Counted from the first letter of the stretch, positions 1-10,468 are shown. The stretch: 32,000 nt of DNA from Candidatus Babelota bacterium (GCA_039809905.1 JBDHVY010000001.1:1110001-1142000); one strand, 5' to 3'. Notes: generated from the sequence alone by a model not told the origin. Program-made: numbers and translations.

Positions 1-1263
1 TTTAAATCTATCTTGGAAAATGAAGTAATCTTAAAACAAGAAATTGTTAAAGAGTTAGAAGAAATTAAAAATCAATACAACGATGATCGCAAAACGCGAA
101 TCGAAGGAGCTATTGATATTCTTACTGAAGCAGATCTTATTCCTGATGAAGAAGCTGTTATTACCTTAACTATGAAGGGATACGTAAAACGTGTTCCGCT
201 TACCGTATTTGGAGTACAGCGTCGTGGTGGTAAAGGTAAAATGGGATTGACTGCGCTTGAAGGTGATATTGTTCAAGACGTGTTTGTTGCAAAAGCACAT
301 GACATGTTATTGTTTTTCACTAATTTAGGTCGCGTGTATAGTTTAAATACATTTGAAGTTCCTGAGGCATCACGCGTTGCGCGTGGCAGAGCGATTGTTA
401 ACTTGTTACCATTGCAAGAAGGTGAATTTGTAGTAAAATTACTGCCTTCTCGTATTATGGAAGGTAAGTTTATGGTAATGGTTACTCGCGAAGGTATTAT
501 TAAACGTACTGATGCATCTGATTTTTCAAAAATTCGCGCAACGGGTATTCGCGCAATTACCTTGCGTGAAGGTGATGAGCTTGTCTTCTGTTCATTAAGT
601 AGCGGTGACAATACTATTGTCTTGGCTACAGCTCGAGGACAAGGAATTAGATTTAAAGAAACTGAAGTACGTTCCATGGGTCGTCAGGCAAGTGGTGTTA
701 TGGGTATTCGCGTGAAAAAAAATGATCGCGTAATTGGTATGGAAGTTATTTCTGATCATGGTGAGATTCTTTTTGCTACTGAAAAAGGTTATGGCAAAAA
801 GGTAAAGATTGAAGATTTCCGTATTGCACATCGTGGTGGTATGGGAGTAAGAACTATACCAACAACTGGTCGCAATGGTGAAGTTATTGGTTTAGCTATT
901 GTTCATGAAGATTCTAATATTTTACTCATTGATCAAGCAGGTAAAATAATTCGTCTTGCTGCCAAAGATATACGTGCGATGGGCCGTCAAGCAAAAGGTG
1001 TTCGTTTAATCAGACTTGATTCAGATCAAAAGCTTCATAATATTGTTGCATTCGAGGGCGGCGAAGCCGCGCAAGAAGGTGATGATGAAGGTGATTCCGG
1101 CATTGAAACTCGTACGTTACCTGTTGCTGAAGCTGGTGGGCAAGACGAGGGCGATGAAGATGAATTAGAAGAAGAAACAGAAGATGATGAATCTTCTGAA
1201 GATATAGAACATGACGAAGATGACAGTGATGATATCGATGAAGAAGAAGAGGTTGATTTTTAA
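1..1263 (+). CDS. gyrA: DNA gyrase subunit A, C-terminal part (5' end outside window)
   Basis: Open frame from base 1. Canonical GyrA box QRRGGKG in GVQRRGGKGKMG, repeated beta-pinwheel blades (MGRQASGVMGIRV, MGRQAKGVRLIRL), and an acidic C-terminal tail. Confidence 0.96.
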   Translation, partial: FKSILENEVILKQEIVKELEEIKNQYNDDRKTRIEGAIDILTEADLIPDEEAVITLTMKGYVKRVPLTVFGVQRRGGKGKMGLTALEGDIVQDVFVAKAHDMLLFFTNLGRVYSLNTFEVPEASRVARGRAIVNLLPLQEGEFVVKLLPSRIMEGKFMVMVTREGIIKRTDASDFSKIRATGIRAITLREGDELVFCSLSSGDNTIVLATARGQGIRFKETEVRSMGRQASGVMGIRVKKNDRVIGMEVISDHGEILFATEKGYGKKVKIEDFRIAHRGGMGVRTIPTTGRNGEVIGLAIVHEDSNILLIDQAGKIIRLAAKDIRAMGRQAKGVRLIRLDSDQKLHNIVAFEGGEAAQEGDDEGDSGIETRTLPVAEAGGQDEGDEDELEEETEDDESSEDIEHDEDDSDDIDEEEEVDF

Positions 1264-1266
1264 TCT

Positions 1267-2406
1267 GTGTTTAATACTCAATTTATTCTCCATCTAACGC
1301 TCATCGAGGGTATAGCTCCGAGTGTTATTCAAAAAATTATACAATCACAAAGATCTGGTGTGCAAACATCAGATCTTTACCATTTATCAGCATTTGATTG
1401 GATGAATTATTTTGGTATTTCAGAAAAATATGCACAAAAGTTAGTAGCAGGTCTTTCTGATATGACAATTCTTGAAAAAGAATTAGAACTGATACATGAA
1501 AATAAGATTCAGATAACTACTATTATCGATCAATCATATCCGGCATTATTAAAAGAAATTCATTTGCCTCCGGCGATTTTATATTACCAGGGAGGTAATT
1601 TTCCCTCAAAATCTTTAGCCGTTGTTGGTGCGCGTAAGGGTAATGAATATGGTCAACGTATTATTGATATGATAATTCCTGATCTTGTTGCTGCTGGTTA
1701 TGCGATTATAAGTGGTGGAGCGCTTGGTATTGATACCATGGCTCATCAAGCAGCATTGCGTTGTGGTGGAAAAACAATAGCAATTTTAGGTTCTGGATTA
1801 TTAAAGCCATACCCACCAACAAACAAAAAATTATTTGCTGCAATTATGGAAAGTGGCGGCATTGTTGCAAGTTCATATCCACTAAATATGGATCCATTGC
1901 CACATAACTTTCCTGCGCGTAATCGTATTGTAACTGGCTTATCGCAAGGTTGTTTGGTTGTGCAAGCGGCAAAAAAAAGTGGTGCTCTTATTTCCGCGCA
2001 TTGTGCATTAGAACAAGGCAGAGAAGTATTTGCAGTGCCGGGACCATTTGATGATGAATTAAGTTCTGGATGCAATGAAATTATTCAGCAGGGTGCAAAA
2101 TTAGTAATGAGCAGTGCTGATATATTTAATGAATTTGGTGATAAAATTGTGCATGCTGATAAACAAGCGTTTCAGCAACAAGTATTGTTTTCTCCTGCTT
2201 CATTTATTTCTTCTCAAAAAAAGTTAACAGAAATATATTCTGCTACTCAGCAAAAAATAATTCTTGTATGCAAACAACCAATGTCATTGGAAGATATTAT
2301 AAACATTACAGAATTATCTTTTGAGCAAGCTCAATCAGAATTGTTCAATTTGCAGCTTGATGGTGTTGTAATACAAGATTTTACGGGGATGTGGGTTGTT
2401 TGTTAA
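1267..2406 (+). CDS. dprA: DNA-processing protein DprA/Smf
   Basis: Rossmann-like DprA core: VGARKGNEYGQRII, ISGGALGIDTMAHQAAL, GSGLLKPYPPTNKKLF, FPARNRIVTGLSQGCLVVQA, SGALISAHCALEQGREVFAVPG. C-terminal winged-helix-like segment. Confidence 0.95.
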   Translation: MFNTQFILHLTLIEGIAPSVIQKIIQSQRSGVQTSDLYHLSAFDWMNYFGISEKYAQKLVAGLSDMTILEKELELIHENKIQITTIIDQSYPALLKEIHLPPAILYYQGGNFPSKSLAVVGARKGNEYGQRIIDMIIPDLVAAGYAIISGGALGIDTMAHQAALRCGGKTIAILGSGLLKPYPPTNKKLFAAIMESGGIVASSYPLNMDPLPHNFPARNRIVTGLSQGCLVVQAAKKSGALISAHCALEQGREVFAVPGPFDDELSSGCNEIIQQGAKLVMSSADIFNEFGDKIVHADKQAFQQQVLFSPASFISSQKKLTEIYSATQQKIILVCKQPMSLEDIINITELSFEQAQSELFNLQLDGVVIQDFTGMWVVC

Positions 2407-3355
2407 CCTGCTCAGAAAAAAGATTAGTTAACTGTTTTATAATGGTATTCAAGGTGCTCACTTCTTTCAGTTCTTTTTCTGGATTTCTTTTATTGTTAGA
2501 TGCAAATAGTCCCAACAAAAGAAACCATGGCGCGAGCATAATTGCTGACGCTGCTGCTAGACCTGGATTATTCGTATCAAAACTAAATAAACTGGATAAA
2601 CCAGAATTGTAATTTTCTGATTTGATTATAGAGACAATAATATTCATTTTTTTATGTTTACAAAGATCGATAAGTTTTAGAAATGAATAATCTTGATGAG
2701 TTAGCAGGAATGTATTCAGTTTTGTTTGATTAATTATACCAAGATTGCTCTCATAAAATTTCATAAAATCTTCATATGTTTGTTCTTGATTATCATTTAA
2801 TGAAGGTATTTCCAAAACATCAGGATACTGATTTTTTATAGTTTCAATAGAAACAGCAATTTTTTTTAGATCAGTCTTAAGTTGCTCTATTTTTACCTCA
2901 ACTGTTTTTTGTTCTCTTTCATACATGAAAAAATCATAGATTGCTCTTCCTGATTGTCGTGCAAAAGCAAAAGCTGAAAGCCCTCCAATAATGCCAGCGG
3001 TTCCCATAGAGATTTTGTCAATAATGCCCCGATAATTCTCTTGCCTTATATATTTGTTAAGATAATTTACACTTAATGCCGGACTTACCATTATTCCCGT
3101 AAATAGCGCTCTTAACAGTGTGTCGCCAACAGTTACGGTATTTTTAGTACGTATTTGTTTATATGTTTGGAACAGTTGTTCATCTAATGCTTGTCGTTTT
3201 TGTAGTAAATCATAAATTTTATCGGCGATTGAAATATCGGTTGCAGAAATTAAGGTATTATTTTTTTGATCTGAAGCTTGAGAATTGATAGAGCTTGTTA
3301 AAACTATATTGCTATAAAAAAATAAAGTGAATAAGAGTGGAATTCTTTTACTCAT
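2381..3355 (-). CDS. Hypothetical secreted/membrane protein
   Basis: The encoded protein reads on the complement strand. The likely start is MSKRIPLLFTLFFYSNIVLTSS (signal-peptide-like) inside a longer open frame that reaches 3406. Internal hydrophobic segment AASAIMLAPWFLLLGLFA. Overlaps the dprA 3' end convergently. Confidence 0.7.
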   Translation of the reverse strand: MSKRIPLLFTLFFYSNIVLTSSINSQASDQKNNTLISATDISIADKIYDLLQKRQALDEQLFQTYKQIRTKNTVTVGDTLLRALFTGIMVSPALSVNYLNKYIRQENYRGIIDKISMGTAGIIGGLSAFAFARQSGRAIYDFFMYEREQKTVEVKIEQLKTDLKKIAVSIETIKNQYPDVLEIPSLNDNQEQTYEDFMKFYESNLGIINQTKLNTFLLTHQDYSFLKLIDLCKHKKMNIIVSIIKSENYNSGLSSLFSFDTNNPGLAAASAIMLAPWFLLLGLFASNNKRNPEKELKEVSTLNTIIKQLTNLFSEQVNKQPTSP

Positions 3356-3439
3356 GATATTTCCTGTATTATGACTAAAAACTTTCTTCATGCTAAAATA
3401 AAGCACTATTAAAATGCAAGTATTGATAAAAGGTCAGCT

Positions 3440-4375
3440 ATGAGGAAAAAGGTATACAACTACATGAGTGTAATTGTACTCGTGAGCATATTGTTCGTTT
3501 TTTTATATAAACAAAGACTTCATGATAATGGTCAATATAATAACTATACCATTGTTGCTACAACAAGCATGTTGGCTGATGCTGTACGCAATATCGTTGG
3601 AGATGATATGGTTGTGTATGGTCTTATGGGTTGTGGTATTGATCCTCACTTATATCGTACTCGTGAAAGTGATGTACACAAATTAGCAAATGCCGATTTA
3701 GTTATTTATAACGGATTGCATTTAGAAGGAAAAATGGGACAAGTACTTGAAGGCATGAACCGTTTTACTAAAGTTATTAACTCAAGTACAGCAATTGATA
3801 AAAGTTTATTGCGTAGAGCAGATTTTGATGAATTATATGATCCACATATTTGGTTCGATGTAACATTGTGGATATTAGTTGTTCGGTATATTCAAGATTC
3901 CATTATGCAGCTTGATGAGGATAATGCTGCTATCTATAAAAAGAATGGTGATAAGTATGTTGCGCAACTTGAACAATTGCATGAATATGTGCAGCAGCGC
4001 ATTGCGCAATTGCATCAATCACAAAGAATTTTGATTACTGCCCACGATGCATTTGGTTATTTTGGTGACGCATATGGTGTTGAAGTGGTGGGATTACAAG
4101 GCTTAAGTACCGATTCTGATATTAGTACGAGAGATATTCAACAATTAGCTGATTATATTGTAAAAAAAAAGATACCAACTATTTTTGTAGAAGCATCTAT
4201 ACCAGAACGCTCACTGCTTGCTGTGCAGCAAGCAGTTCAAGCGCAAGGTTGGCATGTTGTACTTGGCGATGAACTATATTCTGATGCGCTGGGTGATGAG
4301 GAAAGTGGAGTGGCAACTTATATAAGTATGGTCAAACATAATATTGATACAATTGTTGATGGATTGAGAAGATGA
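3440..4375 (+). CDS. Metal (Zn/Mn) ABC transporter substrate-binding protein, TroA/ZnuA/MntC-like
   Basis: TTSMLADAVRNIVGDD, GIDPHLYRTRESDVHKLANADLVIYNGLHLEGKM, DPHIWFDVTLW, ITAHDAFGYFGDAYG, FVEASIPERS. N-terminal membrane anchor or signal. Confidence 0.92.
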   Translation: MRKKVYNYMSVIVLVSILFVFLYKQRLHDNGQYNNYTIVATTSMLADAVRNIVGDDMVVYGLMGCGIDPHLYRTRESDVHKLANADLVIYNGLHLEGKMGQVLEGMNRFTKVINSSTAIDKSLLRRADFDELYDPHIWFDVTLWILVVRYIQDSIMQLDEDNAAIYKKNGDKYVAQLEQLHEYVQQRIAQLHQSQRILITAHDAFGYFGDAYGVEVVGLQGLSTDSDISTRDIQQLADYIVKKKIPTIFVEASIPERSLLAVQQAVQAQGWHVVLGDELYSDALGDEESGVATYISMVKHNIDTIVDGLRR

Positions 4376-4581
4376 GAATGATATCAACCGTTTTCTTTAT
4401 TTTAGTTTTTTCTTTTTTTTGCTGCGATGACTGTGATATCGTCCTTCCTCTGCGTAATTATATTTAAGATAAAGGCATACTATCATAACAATACCAAGTA
4501 TAATTAAACTGCTAATACTGTTAAATCCTTTAAGTGATCCAGGCTCTATATATATATAAGTTTTCAAGAGATATTCCTTAT

Positions 4582-5271
4582 TTAGCGGTACTTAAACTTA
4601 AAATTCTTTTTAAAATTATCAAAATGTTTTAATTCTTTTTTTTCAATTTCAAGCTCATTTATTTTTGTTTTAATGTGCATAATCTCAGCATCTATTTTTG
4701 CAGACTCAATTTCAAATGCTTTTCTCAGGTTTTCTATATCTGAATTGATTGATTCGATAGTAATGTTGTTTTGATCCATTTTTTCTTCTAAAAAAGTTAT
4801 TTTATCATTGTTTTCTTTAAGCTTGTTAAACCATTCTTTGCTAGCACCAAATATAGTAAAAGGAACACTAATTGGTAAAAGACCATACGCTAATAAAACT
4901 CTTCCAATTTCTCTGAAGGTCAATTCAATTCCTGCGAATATGAATGTTCCTCTATAGCGTTGAGGAGCTTGGAATGTTTTTTGAAAATGAGAAGATAGTT
5001 GATAAGAAAAAAGTTGTTCTTTTTTTAATCCATCTATTTGATGTGCTATATTACTATTTTCTTCCTTCAGTTGAGATATTTTTTCTTCTGGGCTGATTAT
5101 TTTTTCTCTATTAATTTCTAATTTTTTTTCTTGTTTCATAAAATCTTCAATATTCCATTGCAGATGCAATTGATAGAGCGATGGATAATTGATATTTTCC
5201 TGAGATAGAATAGTTCCAGAAGTTAATAGGAAAGACAATAATAGTGCAATAAATAGAGTCGGGCGAAACAT
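4582..5271 (-). CDS. Hypothetical secreted protein with coiled-coil segments
   Basis: N-terminal signal-like MFRPTLFIALLLSFLLTSG; Glu/Lys/Ile-rich heptad-like regions. Confidence 0.65.
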   Translation of the reverse strand: MFRPTLFIALLLSFLLTSGTILSQENINYPSLYQLHLQWNIEDFMKQEKKLEINREKIISPEEKISQLKEENSNIAHQIDGLKKEQLFSYQLSSHFQKTFQAPQRYRGTFIFAGIELTFREIGRVLLAYGLLPISVPFTIFGASKEWFNKLKENNDKITFLEEKMDQNNITIESINSDIENLRKAFEIESAKIDAEIMHIKTKINELEIEKKELKHFDNFKKNFKFKYR

Positions 5272-5618
5272 TATTTTTCCTTTGATATTGCTTGAATTTT
5301 TTAATCATGTTTTCTGTTGTAGTAATGTATGATTATGATAAAAAGCTAAAATTTATATTTATAGTTTTTATGATATATAGATTAAATATTATTTTTCAAT
5401 ATTTATTTGGCAGCAAGAATCATATCAAGATTTTTTACGAATAGCTTATTGCTTTACTGTTTTTAAGTAACAGTTTTGATATGAAATAGTATATTTCATT
5501 AAAAGAATTTGAACGAGGCTATTACGTTATGAAACGCTTAGTTGTCATTTAGGTGTTTGAATAAAATGTAGTATGTTATTCAATATGACGAGCGCAGTAT
5601 GCATTCAATAGATAAATA

Positions 5619-6341
5619 ATGAATAAAAAGAAAAATATTCAAGATCTATCAACATGGGAATTCATTGAGCATATCACAGAGAACATTGATAAAAAGATAT
5701 TGAGTTTTTCGCAAGATAGTATTGATAAGCTTCTTGTTGAAATTCATACTTTTGCACAAGACAAAGTATTTGATGAATTGTATATCATTGGGCGCGTCTT
5801 AGATCATGTTAATCGAAAAAAAGCCTATTATAACAAGCAGGTATATAATGGGGATGCGTTGAAATATATAGCGGGATGGCTGTGTGCTGTTATAATTTTA
5901 GGCTTAATACTTTATTTTATACTTATTTATTATCATTTTCCCAAAGAAAAAGAATTAAATGATTTTATAAAATGTCTTGAAAGATTTGGTATAACTATCA
6001 CTAAATGCAGTAAGCCAGCTTATCGTAGAACACATTATTATTTAGAAGTATCGGCAGTAAGGAAATATTTGTGGCAAGATGATTATTGGATGATAAAACA
6101 GCTATTGGAGCGGATGCACAAAGTTCATGGAGCTTTATATGGCTGGATCAGATCATCAATTATAATTGTGAGTGGATCCATGTTGATGGCTGTTAACATA
6201 TTATTTTCTTGTATTCGCAGCTGGTTGAGGCCATATTATAAAGAACGTCTAGAAGCTTTGTTTTCTATAGAAAAAAGATTGCGTCAGGCAGAAGATTCAT
6301 TATTTGAAGAGAAATATTTTAAAGGTAAATTAAAAAAATAG
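5619..6341 (+). CDS. Hypothetical membrane protein with two hydrophobic segments
   Basis: 240-aa ORF. Hydrophobic segments LCAVIILGLILYFILIYYHF and SSIIIVSGSMLMAVNILFSCI. Confidence 0.65.
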   Translation: MNKKKNIQDLSTWEFIEHITENIDKKILSFSQDSIDKLLVEIHTFAQDKVFDELYIIGRVLDHVNRKKAYYNKQVYNGDALKYIAGWLCAVIILGLILYFILIYYHFPKEKELNDFIKCLERFGITITKCSKPAYRRTHYYLEVSAVRKYLWQDDYWMIKQLLERMHKVHGALYGWIRSSIIIVSGSMLMAVNILFSCIRSWLRPYYKERLEALFSIEKRLRQAEDSLFEEKYFKGKLKK

Positions 6342-7304
6342 ATGCATATCTATGTAAGGTTGTGTATGAAGTTATTCTTTTCTATGTTCGGATTGCCATT
6401 ATATGCTTGCGTAATTTTGGTACCTTTTTGTTTTGTTGGATGTAAAAAATCTGATGATAATATACCTCATGTAGAACCAGATATTGAAAATCACTCCATA
6501 TCCTCAGTCTCACAGGTTTTCCCACAAGACTTATTATATGGAAATGTTCCCATTCATCCCTTATGTATTATAAATGCATTGCACAATAAATCTATTCAGC
6601 CCATTAGTATAGATGTTCTGGAGCCAAACTTACCTGATGAGTATGATATAAAAAATCATACTTTTTCTTACAATTTAGAAAGAAAAGAGTGCGCAGGTTC
6701 ATGGGAAGAATTGATTGAAGAAGATTTTACTCGAAGATATTACGCAAGCTACGAATATAAAGGTTCTTATCAAGATAGGCATGTGTTGGAAGCATGCCAA
6801 GAGAATTATGGATCTAGCCATGAATTGAGAAATCTTATACTTATTGAGAGAGAAAAAGATACTATTCACTGTATTGCAGATATAAAGCAGGGAGATTTTA
6901 ACGATGTAGTAGTTGAGAATAATAGATTAAGATTTGAAGATATGTTGCCTGCTGAATGTATTGATATTATAATGCCTCGAGAAGGTATTTCTGATATAGG
7001 AGAAAATATTATTTGCATTGAAAATGATCTTCCGAGATCCAAAAATGGGACATGTTTTGTGTGTTCTTATGAAGTAGATCTTGATGATCCTCTACTAAAG
7101 TTAAAACTTTGTGGAATTTCTTTTTTAGAAAAGGCTCATTATGATTATCCTCGGAATTGGCAAGATGAATGTTTTTGCACAGTTGCATTACAGTATATTG
7201 ATGAAGGCCATGAGAAATTGAATCTTATGCAAACAGAATCATTTGTAAGAGAAATTTGGGAATCTATAGCAGAAAAAATGGCTAAGAATGAAATCTCTTT
7301 ATAG
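6342..7304 (+). CDS. Hypothetical, possible lipoprotein or secreted protein
   Basis: Starts directly after the preceding stop codon. N-terminal hydrophobic region followed by VGCKK (lipobox-like); long open frame. Confidence 0.62.
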   Translation: MHIYVRLCMKLFFSMFGLPLYACVILVPFCFVGCKKSDDNIPHVEPDIENHSISSVSQVFPQDLLYGNVPIHPLCIINALHNKSIQPISIDVLEPNLPDEYDIKNHTFSYNLERKECAGSWEELIEEDFTRRYYASYEYKGSYQDRHVLEACQENYGSSHELRNLILIEREKDTIHCIADIKQGDFNDVVVENNRLRFEDMLPAECIDIIMPREGISDIGENIICIENDLPRSKNGTCFVCSYEVDLDDPLLKLKLCGISFLEKAHYDYPRNWQDECFCTVALQYIDEGHEKLNLMQTESFVREIWESIAEKMAKNEISL

Positions 7305-7360
7305 TTTTGCTTTCGAAGGTAAATTGAGTAAATTTTTGGTTTTACGTAGATGACGCAAGC

Positions 7361-7888
7361 TTACTGATTATCTACATTTATTCCCAGTTCTTCTGCCTGA
7401 TTCTCGATAGAGCGTCTATTTTTTTGTACTATTCGACTCAATAATACAATAAGGAATCGAACAAAATGTTCAAGCGGCATATCATTTTGTATGCCAAGCA
7501 AGTCGTTAGCCAATAGACGTATATTCTTTTCGTGATCAGAAAGTGTTGTTAATTCTGTGTCTTCTATTTTCAATATGTTTTGGTTTTTTTTATCAGTACG
7601 CCACAACAGCATACGAGGTACATCCGCATAAGACCAATTGCCCAAGTAAAAATACTCAAGATAATGTGTAATTATTTCTTCTTTATTTTTCGTATTTTTA
7701 ATGGTGAATTCAATTTTAGCAGCTTCGATTTTATCGTTATAATTTCCACCAGTAAAATCAATCCAATATTCGAGGTTAGTTATCGATTGTACAAGAGTGA
7801 GTAATTGCGGGTATTTTTGGAGTATACTATCTGCTGTTATAATGTTTTCTATTGTTTTACGTATATTATCTTCCGCATTGTTGTCCAA
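7361..7888 (-). CDS. Hypothetical protein
   Basis: 175-aa ORF with normal amino-acid composition. It overlaps a shorter, less protein-like opposite-strand ORF. Confidence 0.55.
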   Translation of the reverse strand: MDNNAEDNIRKTIENIITADSILQKYPQLLTLVQSITNLEYWIDFTGGNYNDKIEAAKIEFTIKNTKNKEEIITHYLEYFYLGNWSYADVPRMLLWRTDKKNQNILKIEDTELTTLSDHEKNIRLLANDLLGIQNDMPLEHFVRFLIVLLSRIVQKNRRSIENQAEELGINVDNQ

Positions 7889-8042
7889 AAAGTTTGCATC
7901 AGATTTATTTTTTTGTATAACTGCTTTACTGGATCAATCTCCATTTAGATTTCTTTTATTAATACCTTACTTGTGTGTTAAGTAAATTTCCCGTACGATA
8001 AAGTACAACACAATTTTATTTTGTGCTGGAGCTAAAACGTAC

Positions 8043-8801
8043 ATGAAAAATATATCACACATACCAGCGGTTGAACTATCTCATCTAAGCGTTTCTTATG
8101 GAGATAACCTTATTTTATCTGATTGTACTGTAACGATCCCCCAAGGAGTTCTTCTTGGTATCCTTGGTCCTAATGGTGCAGGAAAAACTACCTTTATTAA
8201 ATCTATTTTGGGATTAGTTCCAAAACGAGAAGGTACTATTTTTGTGCTTGGGCAGGAATTGAAAAATGTTCGTAATAAAATTGCTTATGTCTCTCAACGT
8301 AGTAGTGTTGATTGGGACTTTCCATTGACAGTTTTTGATATGGTTCTTATGGGATGTTATGGAAAATTGGGCTGGTTTAAACGACCAGGTGATGTTGAAA
8401 ACATCCAAGTGTATGAAGCGTTAGCTGCCGTAGGTTTGGAGCATTATGCGCATAAATCAATTGGAGTTTTATCTGGTGGCCAACAGCAACGAGCATTTAT
8501 AGCACGAGCATTGGTGCAAAATCCGGATGTTTATTTTTTAGATGAACCATTTGCGGGAGTTGATGCACCAGCTGAAAAAATTATTATTGAATTGTTTAAA
8601 AAATTACGTGATCAAGGAAAAACCATTATTGTGGTGCATCATGATATTTTAACCGCATCAGCATATTTTGATTGGGCATTATTATTAAATAAAAAAGTTA
8701 TTGCCTGTGGTCCGATAGAAGATGTTTTAACGCAGCCTTATTTTAATCAGATGTACGGAGAAAATTTTAGATTAAATATTTTTCATAAGATGAGTTTATA
8801 A
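8043..8801 (+). CDS. Metal ABC transporter ATP-binding protein (TroB/ZnuC/MntB-like)
   Basis: Walker A GPNGAGKTTF, signature LSGGQQQR, Walker B VYFLDEP, switch VVHHD. Followed by ABC-3 type permeases. Confidence 0.95.
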   Translation: MKNISHIPAVELSHLSVSYGDNLILSDCTVTIPQGVLLGILGPNGAGKTTFIKSILGLVPKREGTIFVLGQELKNVRNKIAYVSQRSSVDWDFPLTVFDMVLMGCYGKLGWFKRPGDVENIQVYEALAAVGLEHYAHKSIGVLSGGQQQRAFIARALVQNPDVYFLDEPFAGVDAPAEKIIIELFKKLRDQGKTIIVVHHDILTASAYFDWALLLNKKVIACGPIEDVLTQPYFNQMYGENFRLNIFHKMSL

Positions 8802-8804
8802 GTT

Positions 8805-9626
8805 ATGTATACTCTATTGCTTGTTTTATGTGGAACTGTTCTTCTTGGTATTACATCTGGTGTATTAGGATGTTTTTCATTATTGCGGCAACAAAGTCTT
8901 CTTGGTGATGCGATATCGCATGCTGCATTGCCAGGAATTGTGATTATGTTTTTGTGTACATATAGTGCAAATCCTTGGCTACTTTTGTGTGGAGGTGTAT
9001 GTGCTGGGTTTATCGGTGTTCTCTGCATGAACTTTGTGTGTGCTCACACAAAGCTAAAAAAAGATGCCATTTTGGGAATTATTTTATCGGTGTTTTTTGG
9101 TTTAGGTCTAGTTTTGATAACTGTTGCGCAAAAAATTCCTGTTGCAAGCCAGGCAATATTAAACAAATTTTTGTTTGGTAGTGCCGCAACATTGCTGGTG
9201 CACGATATTCAGCTCATTCTTTTTGTATCGAGTTTGATTTTTTGCATACTAATTCTTCTTTGGAAAGAATCTATGTTGTATGTTTTTGATCCTAATTTCG
9301 CGCATATGATGGGTTTTAATACAAAAATGATAGAAACAATTCTTACTATTTTATTGGTGTCTGCTATTGCAATTGGATTGCAAACAGTTGGCGTAGTGTT
9401 AATGAGTACTATGCTTATTGCTCCTGCAGCGGCAGCTCGTCAATGGGTAAATAAATTATCTCATATGATGATATTAGCAGGGTTATTTGGTGCATGTTCA
9501 GCAGCTATAGGCGTATATGTAAGTTCAACAATAGATCATTTGCCAACAGGTCCTATGATTGTGATTGTTGCAAGTGTGATTGTCTTTTTTTCTTTAGCAT
9601 GTGCGCCTCGTGTGAGGCAGGCATGA
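8805..9626 (+). CDS. Metal ABC transporter permease, ABC-3 family
   Basis: Multi-TM protein with LLRQQSLLGDAISHAALPGI, MGFNTKMIE and STMLIAPAAAARQW. Confidence 0.93.
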   Translation: MYTLLLVLCGTVLLGITSGVLGCFSLLRQQSLLGDAISHAALPGIVIMFLCTYSANPWLLLCGGVCAGFIGVLCMNFVCAHTKLKKDAILGIILSVFFGLGLVLITVAQKIPVASQAILNKFLFGSAATLLVHDIQLILFVSSLIFCILILLWKESMLYVFDPNFAHMMGFNTKMIETILTILLVSAIAIGLQTVGVVLMSTMLIAPAAAARQWVNKLSHMMILAGLFGACSAAIGVYVSSTIDHLPTGPMIVIVASVIVFFSLACAPRVRQA

Positions 9627-10468
9627 TATATAGCTTGCATATAGAACTTATAATAATTGCAGTTGTTACTGCTATTACGTGTTCGTTGCCAGGAGTTTTT
9701 TTAGTGCTTCGTGGTGTTGCTATGATGAGCGATGCCATTAGCCATGCAATACTGCTTGGTATTGCAGTAATGTTTTTATGTGTAAAAAGGCTCGATTCGC
9801 CATTACTTCTTCTGGGGGCTACTGCAGCAGGAGTATTGACCGTAGCATGCACGCAGATGGTTATAAAAAGTAAACGTCTTAAGCAAGATGCTGCAATTGG
9901 ACTTATTTTTCCTCTTTTTTTTTCTCTTGGAGTTGTTTTAATTTCCCTATATGCCCGTAACGTGCACCTTGATATAGATATGGTGCTATTGGGCGAATTG
10001 GGGTTTGCGCCCTTTAATCGAGTACTGATTGGTACTGTTGATTGCGGTCCTTATGCATTGTGGGTTGTTGGAGCTGCATTATTGCTCAATAGTTGTTTTA
10101 CGCGCCTTTTTTATAAAGAACTCGTGGTAACAACATTTGACGCTACTTTAGCAACAATGGCTGGTTTTACGCCTGCTTTTTTTTATTATTGCTTGATGAT
10201 TATAACGAGCATTACGGCCGTTGCTACCTTTGATGTTGTAGGATCGATAATGGTGGTGGCGCTTATGATAACACCAGCAGCTACCGCTTATCTGGTGGCA
10301 GAAAAGGTTGATCATATGATAGGATTTAGTCTTTTTTTTGCGAGTCTTTCAGCAATTTTTGGCTATATCTTTGCCTTTTGGGCGGATGTTTCAATAGCTG
10401 GATCTATTGCGTGTATGACGGGGATATTTTTTACGGGAGTGCTTGCTAGGTTAAGGTTTTCTATTTGA
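9623..10468 (+). CDS. Metal ABC transporter permease, ABC-3 family (second)
   Basis: Starts ATGA-overlapping the previous stop: MIYSLHIELIIIAVVTAITCSLPGVFLVLRGVAMMSDAISHAILLGIAV. The upstream-extended ORF start at 9494 is unlikely. Confidence 0.92.
   Translation: MIYSLHIELIIIAVVTAITCSLPGVFLVLRGVAMMSDAISHAILLGIAVMFLCVKRLDSPLLLLGATAAGVLTVACTQMVIKSKRLKQDAAIGLIFPLFFSLGVVLISLYARNVHLDIDMVLLGELGFAPFNRVLIGTVDCGPYALWVVGAALLLNSCFTRLFYKELVVTTFDATLATMAGFTPAFFYYCLMIITSITAVATFDVVGSIMVVALMITPAATAYLVAEKVDHMIGFSLFFASLSAIFGYIFAFWADVSIAGSIACMTGIFFTGVLARLRFSI

Noticed and set aside
7797-7985. 62-aa plus-strand ORF
   Set aside because: Overlaps a longer minus-strand ORF and has no recognisable features or good ribosome site.
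9494-9622. Extended N-terminus of the second permease ORF
   Set aside because: The extension overlaps the preceding permease and is not membrane-protein-like. The start at 9623 overlaps the previous stop (ATGA) and begins a normal permease sequence.
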